From Candidatus Iainarchaeum sp. (GTDB lineage Archaea; Iainarchaeota; Iainarchaeia; Iainarchaeales; UBA10191): a stretch of DNA of 36,496 nucleotides. This document shows positions 25,529-32,212 of this stretch, piece by piece. The DNA lies in the NCBI GenBank assembly GCA_043801115.1, contig JAZDMJ010000052.1:1-36496 (forward strand). The letters run 5' to 3'. The notes below the pieces were generated by a model. That model worked only from the letters and a program-made list of their open reading frames with translations, ran no database searches and was not told where the DNA came from. How positions within the stretch are numbered: the first letter of the stretch is position 1; every line of letters begins with the position of its first letter. The position numbers and the translations under genes were made by a program.

Positions 25529-26647
25529 TTAAAACTTGGCGGGCTTGCATAAAATAAGCGCGTAATCCTCTTGTGGGGAAAGGTACAATTGGAGGATGAC
25601 GAAGCCCGAGTCCGCGAGCAAAATCTGCAATTGCTTTGGGGTCGCCTTGTACGAAGTCATGACCAAAATGTTGTCTCCTTTTCGGAGAAGGATTTGCCTG
25701 CTGCCGAGCTTCAGCTTGCATGCTCTTTTCATGACAAAATGGGCTTCGGCCTGGCTTTTTTCGCGGTTGAACGAAACGACGAATTTTCCGTCGTGTTCGG
25801 AAACTCCAAAATAGTTCAACGTGTTTAGCATGGCGACTTTTGCTTCCGGGCTGTTTCTGTAATGGTCAAAAATTTTCGAAATCCTTCCCAAGTCGAACAG
25901 TTCGATTCCGACCAGCAGATTGTCTTCCAACGTCATGGAGTCGCGCAAGTTTGCGAGCACTCTGGACTTGTCGGAAACATTTCCCACTGTGTTTCCCAAG
26001 AAAAGGAACAGTGACTTTTTGAAATTTTTTTCGCGAATGCTTTCCATTTCTTCGGCGAGATTGGATTGCTCGAAATCCGCCACGACAAAGCGCGTGTTCA
26101 GTTTTGGAAACCTCTTTTCGAGATTGGTTTTGGCGAGCGCAATCATTTCGGGGCTGATGTCGAACGCGATGTATTTAGGCCTTGCAAGGCGCTTCATTTC
26201 TTGGATGAAGGGGAACGCTTTTTCGCCCGTGCCGCATCCAATGTCGACGATGTTGGCCTTTCCAACGTCTTGCACGATTCTTTTTGCATTTTCCTGTATC
26301 AACTCGTTTTCCATTTTTCCCAAGCCATATGTTTTGCTCTCAACCGTCTTTTTCCAGTTTTCCGCGCCCTTTCGGAGGTATTCGAATTTGAGCGGAATCT
26401 CCTTCCTTCCACGGAGCGCGGTCAGGAATTCGGCCGTTTGCTTGGTCGAGTCGAAAAATCCGCTCGTTCTCGTTTCTTTCTGCTGGGAAGGAAATTGGAT
26501 GCCATGCTTGCGGCAGTACTCGATGGCATTTTCTTCCGTGCCCAGATGGCGCACGACTTTCTGTTTCGCTTTTCCGTCTTTGGAAACGTTTTCAACCAGT
26601 TGGAAATAGGCCCTTCCGTTGACTATTTTCTTGCGGACGAAAGACAT
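25529..26647 (-). CDS. EgtD-like (histidine-N-alpha-methyltransferase family, Methyltransf_33-type) SAM methyltransferase with a ~55-aa basic N-terminal extension
   Basis: The motifs are IVDIGCGTGEKAFPFI, YIAFDISPEMI, FVVADFEQ, LFLFLGNTVGNVSDKSRVLANLRDSM..DNLLVGIEL, and a C-terminal half (FNREKSQAEAHF....LRKGDNILVMTSYK) with the EgtD-type layout. The extension reads MSFVRKKIVNGRAYFQLVENVSKDGKAKQKVVRHLG. Confidence 0.6.
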   Translation of the reverse strand: MSFVRKKIVNGRAYFQLVENVSKDGKAKQKVVRHLGTEENAIEYCRKHGIQFPSQQKETRTSGFFDSTKQTAEFLTALRGRKEIPLKFEYLRKGAENWKKTVESKTYGLGKMENELIQENAKRIVQDVGKANIVDIGCGTGEKAFPFIQEMKRLARPKYIAFDISPEMIALAKTNLEKRFPKLNTRFVVADFEQSNLAEEMESIREKNFKKSLFLFLGNTVGNVSDKSRVLANLRDSMTLEDNLLVGIELFDLGRISKIFDHYRNSPEAKVAMLNTLNYFGVSEHDGKFVVSFNREKSQAEAHFVMKRACKLKLGSRQILLRKGDNILVMTSYKATPKQLQILLADSGFVILQLYLSPQEDYALILCKPAKF

Positions 26648-26658
26648 GCGATAGTATG

Positions 26659-26700
26659 GTGACTAAAAGACTATTTAATTATTTCGGATAATTTAGTCAC
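26659..26700. promoter_or_regulatory. Bidirectional promoter region: 9-bp inverted repeat flanking a central AT-rich TATA-like core
   Basis: The arms are gtgactaaa (26659-26667) and tttagtcac (26692-26700), around ctatttaattatttcgg. Start codons at 26647 (minus strand) and 26702 (plus strand) each lie ~25-30 nt from the AT core. Confidence 0.45.
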
Positions 26701-26701
26701 T

Positions 26702-28150
26702 ATGAACCTGCGCGTCGCCGGGCTTTTCCCACAAGGCCCTTACGTGTCTCCGGCTGGAGAGAAGGAGTTTTTGGAGCCTTTCGGGCTGGAGCGGATTCTC
26801 GGCGTGGCCCAGGCAAAAGGGTGCCAAGTAGGGCTTTTTTCGCTGTATGACTGCGATGTAGAGGAATGCCTGCGGCGCATTGTTTCCTTCAAGCCGGATA
26901 TTCTCGCGATTTCGGCCATGACCCCTCAAATCAACCTTGCTCTCGAGATGGCGGAAAAAGCGAAAAAGACTCTTTCGGATGTTTTTATTGTATTGGGAGG
27001 CTATCACGCGACTTTTGATCCTTTGCTGGCGCGGCTTCCATTTGTGGACGCGTGCATTTTGGGCGAAGGGGAAGAAACTTTTGCTGAATTGTTGGAATGT
27101 ATTTGCGAAAAAAAGTCTTTCGATAATGTGTTGGGGCTTTCGTACAAGAAAAACTCTTCCGTGAAAGTCAACCTGCGCCGACCGCGCATCCGCGACCTCT
27201 CCAAGGTTCCGCCTGCTTTTCGCCCTACTTTCATACGCGAACTGCGCAATTATTCCCTGACTTTTCCCGCACCTTCCCAACAGACTGGAGTCGTTTGCGA
27301 AACATTTTCGGTCGGCTGCCCGTTTTCGTGCACGTTTTGCACGAATGCTTCCTTTTACGGTTCGCAGGCGGTTTACGAAGATGCCGGCAGCGTTGTTTCG
27401 CGCGTTCAAAAAGACGTGGAACAGTTCGGCGTGAACTCGCTTTTTTTCACGGATTTGGAGTTTACGGCAAATAGTTCAAAAGTTTTCGAATTGTGCGACG
27501 CCTTGATTGAAAGCGGTCTTTCAGAAAAGATATTTTGGGAATGCTTGAGCAATATTTCGACTGCGCGAGACAAAAAACTGCTCGAAAAAATGCACGAGGC
27601 GGGCTGTCGGAAAATTGGCTGGGGAATCGAATCGTTGAGTCAGAATGTTCTTGATTCCTACCACAAGCCGTTGAAGTTTTCCTTCTGCCAAGAAGTTCTC
27701 CAAAATTCTTCGGACGTTGGAATCCTCAATTCGGGGTTTTACATGATTGGCAGTTCGTTGGAATCCTTAAAGGATTTTCTGCAATACCCTTCCCTCCTCG
27801 CCAAGCTAGCCATCGACCGTCTGCGCGTGTCGCTCTTGACTCCCTTGCCAGGCTCCGTGGATTTTGTGGAAATGAAGCGAATGGGACTTTTGTTGCACGA
27901 AAACTGGAAATTGTACGACACGTGCCATCTGGTCTGGAAACATCCTTCTATTTCTTCTGCTGAATTGGAAAAGGCGGCGACAGACTTGACGGAGCGCTTC
28001 TATTTGGAGCCTGCGTATGAGGAAAGGGTTTGGAAAAACATTGCCCGATTTCCCGAACTTCACTTGTCCTATGCCGAATTCTTTCAAAGCATTTCGAGCG
28101 AATACCCTTCGCTGAAGCCGTTGGCAGACCGCTTTCGGGCGCCATTTTAA
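26702..28150 (+). CDS. B12-binding-domain radical SAM enzyme (class B-type)
   Basis: The N-terminal Rossmann-like cobalamin-binding-type domain includes ILAISAMTPQ, VLGGYHATF and ILGEGEETF. The radical SAM cluster motif is CPFSCTFC. The product is 482 aa. Confidence 0.8.
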   Translation: MNLRVAGLFPQGPYVSPAGEKEFLEPFGLERILGVAQAKGCQVGLFSLYDCDVEECLRRIVSFKPDILAISAMTPQINLALEMAEKAKKTLSDVFIVLGGYHATFDPLLARLPFVDACILGEGEETFAELLECICEKKSFDNVLGLSYKKNSSVKVNLRRPRIRDLSKVPPAFRPTFIRELRNYSLTFPAPSQQTGVVCETFSVGCPFSCTFCTNASFYGSQAVYEDAGSVVSRVQKDVEQFGVNSLFFTDLEFTANSSKVFELCDALIESGLSEKIFWECLSNISTARDKKLLEKMHEAGCRKIGWGIESLSQNVLDSYHKPLKFSFCQEVLQNSSDVGILNSGFYMIGSSLESLKDFLQYPSLLAKLAIDRLRVSLLTPLPGSVDFVEMKRMGLLLHENWKLYDTCHLVWKHPSISSAELEKAATDLTERFYLEPAYEERVWKNIARFPELHLSYAEFFQSISSEYPSLKPLADRFRAPF

Positions 28151-28176
28151 AAACGTAAATTCCCTCTTTTCAACAC

Positions 28177-29484
28177 ATGAAAAAGCAGCCGCATTTGGCC
28201 AGAGTGTTGGGGCTGGGCCAGGCCACGCTGACGGGGTTGGGCATTATTTTCGGCGCGGGCATTTATGTGCTCGTGGGAAAGGCGGCGGGCATTGCGGGCA
28301 ACCAGGTGTGGCTTTCTTTTTTGTTGGCCGCGCTGGTGGCGGGACTGACAGGCCTTTCGTATGCCGAGCTTTCTTCCATGTTTCCCAAAGCGAGTGCAGA
28401 GTACGAGTATGGAAAGAACGCGTTCGGAAAGCGGGCGGGTTTTTTGATTGGCTGGCTCGCGCTGATTGCGGGCATTGTTTCCGTTGCCACGGTCGCGCTG
28501 GGCTTTGGCGGATATTTTTCCGCGCTGACGGGAGCGCCCATTGCGTGGCTTGCGGTGGGAATCATCGCGTTCTGTTCTTTGATTGTTTTTTTGGGCGTCC
28601 AGCAGAGCGTGTGGATTGCCATCTTGTGCACGCTGATTGAAACCGCGGGCCTCGTCATCATAGTCTTGCTCGGCCTTCCCTATTTGAACAATCCCGCGCT
28701 CTTCGACTTTTCTTCTTTCAGCCCTTTTTCCATGCTGGCCGGGGCCGCGCTTATCTTTTTCGCCTTTATCGGTTTTGAAGAAATCACGCGTTTGAGCGAG
28801 GAAACCAAAAAGCCTTCCAAAACCATTCCCAAAGCGCTCTTACTGGCCATTGTCATTTCTTCCATTGTGTACGTGCTCGTCGCCGCCACCGCAGTCTCGG
28901 TGTTGGGCCCGGAAAAACTCGCAAACTCGAACGCTCCCCTGGCCGATGTTGCCTCTCAATTGTACGGCAGCGGCGCTTTTCGCGTGCTCACGTTTACGGC
29001 AATTGTTTCCACGTTTTCGACCGTGCTATTGATTTTGCTCGCCGCTTCGCGATTGATGTATGGAATTTCCCGCGACAAGGAATTGCCCGAACTCGTTTCG
29101 TATATTCACCCGAAAACGCAAACGCCCCTGTTCGCGATTTTGATGGTTGCGCTCTTGTCCTCTTTTTTGGCCGTTCTGGGAGACATTTCCCTCGTCGCCA
29201 ACGCGACCGACTTTGTATTGTTTTTGGTATTCATCGCCGTCAACTTGACCGTCATCATGCTTCGCTATAAAATGCCCCTTGCAAACCGCCCATTCAAGGT
29301 TCCGCTGAAAGTGGGAAAGTTTCCCGTTCTCCCCCTGCTCGGAATCCTTTTCAGCGCTCTCATTGCTTCCGCGATTTCTTTGGAAATCATGGCCTTCATG
29401 CTCGCCATGACTATTGCAGGACTATTGTATTTCGAATTCCACTCGCGCAAATTGAAACAGCAGAAGCGAAAGGTTGCGCTTTAA
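28177..29484 (+). CDS. APC-superfamily amino acid/polyamine permease
   Basis: The protein has about 12 TM helices. The N-terminal signature is LGLGQATLTGLGIIFGAGIYVLVGKAAGIAGNQVWLSFLLAALVAGLTGLSYAELSSMFPKASAEYEY. Confidence 0.85.
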   Translation: MKKQPHLARVLGLGQATLTGLGIIFGAGIYVLVGKAAGIAGNQVWLSFLLAALVAGLTGLSYAELSSMFPKASAEYEYGKNAFGKRAGFLIGWLALIAGIVSVATVALGFGGYFSALTGAPIAWLAVGIIAFCSLIVFLGVQQSVWIAILCTLIETAGLVIIVLLGLPYLNNPALFDFSSFSPFSMLAGAALIFFAFIGFEEITRLSEETKKPSKTIPKALLLAIVISSIVYVLVAATAVSVLGPEKLANSNAPLADVASQLYGSGAFRVLTFTAIVSTFSTVLLILLAASRLMYGISRDKELPELVSYIHPKTQTPLFAILMVALLSSFLAVLGDISLVANATDFVLFLVFIAVNLTVIMLRYKMPLANRPFKVPLKVGKFPVLPLLGILFSALIASAISLEIMAFMLAMTIAGLLYFEFHSRKLKQQKRKVAL

Positions 29485-29508
29485 AATGTTTTCTGACTTT
29501 TTAGGTGT

Positions 29509-30009
29509 ATGGAAGTTTCAAGTCGGAAACAGTTGGGCTACTTGCTTTTGATTTTTGGCGTTGTATTGGCGCTCGTGCTGGGTTTTGTCAAAATTTCGTA
29601 CGACGCGCAGGCCGCGCAATTGTGCCAACTCACTCCCCAAGACCAGATGGCGCAGTGTCCCGTGCACACGGACAATTCTTCGTGGTTGTTCATGGCCGGT
29701 TTTGCCATTGCCGCGGTATTGGTCGTAGTTGGGGCCTATTTCGCTTTTTTCGAAAAGCGCGAACAGGACCCGCGCCTGGAAATCGCGAAAAAGGCATTTA
29801 AAGAGGTGGACGTTTCCAAGCTTTCGGAAGAAGAAGGAAAAGTGTATACGCTGTTGAAGAACGCCAGCGGGTCGTTATTCCAATCCGACTTGGTGCGCGA
29901 AACAGGCTATTCCAAAGTGAAACTCTCTCGCATTCTCGACCGTTTGGAACAGTTGGAATTGGCCGAGCGAAAGCGCCGTGGCATGGCAAACTTGGTCGTA
30001 TTGCGCTAA
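29509..30009 (+). CDS. Membrane-tethered winged-HTH transcriptional regulator (two N-terminal TM helices)
   Basis: TM1 is LGYLLLIFGVVLALVLGFV. The loop SYDAQAAQLCQLTPQDQMAQCPVHTDNSS carries 2 Cys plus Met and His. TM2 is WLFMAGFAIAAVLVVVGAYFAFF. The cytoplasmic wHTH is EEEGKVYTLLKNASGSLFQSDLVRETGYSKVKLSRILDRLEQLELAERKRRGMANLV. Confidence 0.65.
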   Translation: MEVSSRKQLGYLLLIFGVVLALVLGFVKISYDAQAAQLCQLTPQDQMAQCPVHTDNSSWLFMAGFAIAAVLVVVGAYFAFFEKREQDPRLEIAKKAFKEVDVSKLSEEEGKVYTLLKNASGSLFQSDLVRETGYSKVKLSRILDRLEQLELAERKRRGMANLVVLR

Positions 30010-30091
30010 AACCGCTCTCTGAAACTAGTTTCTCCACTACTTGCATATGCTGTTTCAGCCGCTAGTATGACATGAATTGGAGGTTTTTTCA

Positions 30092-30805
30092 ATGAGTGTT
30101 CAATCCAAGCTCGACATCGCGGCTTTCGGAATCCTGGCCGTGGCGTTGATAGTTTCAGTATTGAATTTCGCGGCATTGTCCGGCGTTCAAACTTCGGCCG
30201 CCAATGCCATGGCGGCGGCAGCGGCTTCCCCATCAACAGGATTGTCTGGCGCTTCCAGCGGTTCGTCTTCGGCGGCTTCCACGATTTCCTTTTCGGAGAT
30301 CCAGCCCAAAGGCGTTCCCGCAGTTTACGGCGCTGAATTGGGAATTTCGTACGACGACATCAGCGCTTCGAACCCGCAAAAGGCGGACGCGACCGACCAA
30401 AAACTGGCCAGTCTGGAAAACAGCATTTCGCTGGACGGCAACGCGCTCGCGCGCTATATCTTGATAACGAACTCGATTAGTTGTGAATACTGTTGCGGCG
30501 CTCCGGCCATTACGACGGCGGACGGAAGTCCGGCGTGCGGTTGCGCGCACAGCGGAGCCATGCGGGGCCTGGCCAAGTATTTGATCAAACAGCACGGTTC
30601 CGAGTTTTCGGACATCCAAATTTTGGAAGAATTGGGAAAGTGGAAAACATTGTACTTTCCTTCCAATATGGTCCAGAAAGCCAATGTTCTCGACGCGCAA
30701 GGAATCGCCTTGAACTTTGTGAGCCTGGCTTCCAACCAATACCGCGGAATCGAGCAGGGCGCTACTGTATCGCAAGGTTCGACCCAGCAAGTGGGAGGAT
30801 GTTAG
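30092..30805 (+). CDS. N-terminally anchored extracytoplasmic Cys-rich protein ending in QQVGGC, uncharacterised
   Basis: The ATG at 30092 follows the SD ggagg at 30079-30083. The order is a TM anchor, a Ser/Ala-rich linker and a globular part. That part carries SCEYCCGAPAITTADGSPACGCAHSGAMRGL. The C-terminus is TQQVGGC. Confidence 0.7.
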   Translation: MSVQSKLDIAAFGILAVALIVSVLNFAALSGVQTSAANAMAAAAASPSTGLSGASSGSSSAASTISFSEIQPKGVPAVYGAELGISYDDISASNPQKADATDQKLASLENSISLDGNALARYILITNSISCEYCCGAPAITTADGSPACGCAHSGAMRGLAKYLIKQHGSEFSDIQILEELGKWKTLYFPSNMVQKANVLDAQGIALNFVSLASNQYRGIEQGATVSQGSTQQVGGC

Positions 30806-30806
30806 C

Positions 30807-30911
30807 ATGAACTGGTTCAAACGAAATCCCAAGCCGGAAGAAAAATTGGAAACAGTTCCAATCGAATCCGGAGAAGAAAAGAAAAAAAAGCGGAAAGGAG
30901 GTTGTTGTTGA
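30807..30911 (+). CDS. 34-codon micro-ORF, polybasic with C-terminal GGCC
   Basis: This ORF is absent from the ORF track because it is shorter than 60 aa. The product is MNWFKRNPKPEEKLETVPIESGEEKKKKRKGGCC. The ATG lies 1 nt after the upstream stop and 8 nt after ggagga. Its TGA directly abuts the next ATG at 30912, so the ORF exactly fills the gap between the two genes. Confidence 0.4.
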   Translation: MNWFKRNPKPEEKLETVPIESGEEKKKKRKGGCC

Positions 30912-31190
30912 ATGGAAAAAGAACAGTCCAAAAGCGTTGAAGGCAGGGGATTGAACTGGAAAACGTACGCGCTGTTGACGGTTGTGGGAATCGTTCTCGT
31001 GCTCGGCGTCGTGCAAGCGTTTCAAATCAGCGCCTTGCAGCAGCAGTTCGGCGGAAACGGAACCGCTTCTCTTTCGAGTGGAGGAGGAGACGCATACGCT
31101 CAAATGATGGCGGAAATGCACCCCGGCCAGGCAAGTTCTTCGAACACTGGCACTACGAGCAATACCGCCCAGCAAGTGGGAGGATGCTAG
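30912..31190 (+). CDS. Small N-terminally anchored protein with a Met/His stretch, ending in QQVGGC
   Basis: The 92-aa product has the TM helix TYALLTVVGIVLVLGVV, then a Gly/Ser-rich region, then YAQMMAEMHPGQ. The C-terminus is AQQVGGC. The last 19 nt before the Cys codon wobble base are identical to those of the 30092 gene. Confidence 0.65.
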   Translation: MEKEQSKSVEGRGLNWKTYALLTVVGIVLVLGVVQAFQISALQQQFGGNGTASLSSGGGDAYAQMMAEMHPGQASSSNTGTTSNTAQQVGGC

Positions 31191-31194
31191 TTTC

Positions 31195-31734
31195 ATGAAG
31201 CGATGGCTCGGGATTCCGGCCGCGTTGGCCGGAATTCTTTCCTTTTCAAGCATTGCGCACGCGCACTGCCCGCTGTGCACGGCAGCGGTGGGCGGCGCTG
31301 TCATCGGCGCTGAATACTTGGGCTTGGGAGCGGGAATCGTCGGATTGTTCGTCGGAGCCTTTGCCATTTCGACGGGAATTTGGATTGGAAGGAAAATCAA
31401 AACCCGGTACATTCCCTTCCAATTGCCCTTGATTGTGCTCGCTTCTTTCCTCTTAACCGTTATTCCATTGCTCGGCGTTTCCCCCCAAACGCTTTACATT
31501 CCCGTATTGTGGTTCGGACAGGCGGGAACCGCGTTCAACAAAGTGTATTTCACTCCCAAACTATTGCTCGGCTCGGCCATCGGCGCCCTTCTCACCCTCT
31601 TCGCGTTGAAGCTCCACACCTTTCTCAAAAAGTGGAAGGGAAGAGTATTGTTTCCCTTTCAGGGAATCGCCTTCACGCTCGCAATCCTGCTAATGGCCAG
31701 CGGCGTTTTGTACATTGCATGGGCGGGCGGTTGA
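31195..31734 (+). CDS. Polytopic membrane protein; predicted signal peptide followed by HCPLC
   Basis: The N-terminus is MKRWLGIPAALAGILSFSSIAHA/HCPLCTAAVGG, followed by about 4 more hydrophobic helices. The ATG lies 11 nt after ggagga. The stop is directly followed by the next ATG. Confidence 0.7.
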   Translation: MKRWLGIPAALAGILSFSSIAHAHCPLCTAAVGGAVIGAEYLGLGAGIVGLFVGAFAISTGIWIGRKIKTRYIPFQLPLIVLASFLLTVIPLLGVSPQTLYIPVLWFGQAGTAFNKVYFTPKLLLGSAIGALLTLFALKLHTFLKKWKGRVLFPFQGIAFTLAILLMASGVLYIAWAGG

Positions 31735-32208
31735 ATGAAAGAAGAATGGATGAAAAAAATGCGCGCCTTTTCCGGCAAGGAATTGGACTTGTCCAAGGAT
31801 GAGGACTTGAGCATTGCGCTTATGAATTTGATTTCGCTCGAAGAGCATCTCGCTTTCAGCGCGGCCAAGAGCGGGGGCGAAAAATTTCTGCAAATGCTTT
31901 CCGAAATCCGCCCCTTGCGCAAGCAATTATTGCAGCACTTCGTGCAGGAGAGCGAGGCCGAAGAATGGTGCATTTCCAAACACTTGCTTGCCGGAAGCAT
32001 GCGCTTGTTCGAAGCGGGAACGAAAGAACTGGACGCGGGGCGAAAGGAAGAAGCGCAGTCCTTTTTCGACAGCGCCTTCCAGCTCTACTCCTTGTTCTTC
32101 GCCCTGCACTTGAAGCTCGTTCCTCCGAATGAAGTGGTTGCAAAGCCCGTTTCTTCCGGCCGTTGGGCGGAAATGGTCAAAAAACTCGTGGACTGCTGCA
32201 AGGAGTGA
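31735..32208 (+). CDS. Soluble helical protein ending in DCCKE, uncharacterised
   Basis: The 157-aa product has no TM segment. It contains SIALMNLISLEEHLAFSAAKSGGEKFLQML and ends in the vicinal Cys pair VDCCKE. Confidence 0.6.
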   Translation: MKEEWMKKMRAFSGKELDLSKDEDLSIALMNLISLEEHLAFSAAKSGGEKFLQMLSEIRPLRKQLLQHFVQESEAEEWCISKHLLAGSMRLFEAGTKELDAGRKEEAQSFFDSAFQLYSLFFALHLKLVPPNEVVAKPVSSGRWAEMVKKLVDCCKE

Positions 32209-32212
32209 AAGA

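Noticed and set aside
30807-32208. Interpreting the GGCC and CCKE termini as Rab-like prenylation signals.
   Set aside because: No prenyltransferase alpha/beta genes are present. The metal-handling context offers a simpler explanation. Part of each terminus is dictated by an embedded Shine-Dalgarno sequence. The idea is kept only as a remote alternative inside the QQVGGC finding.
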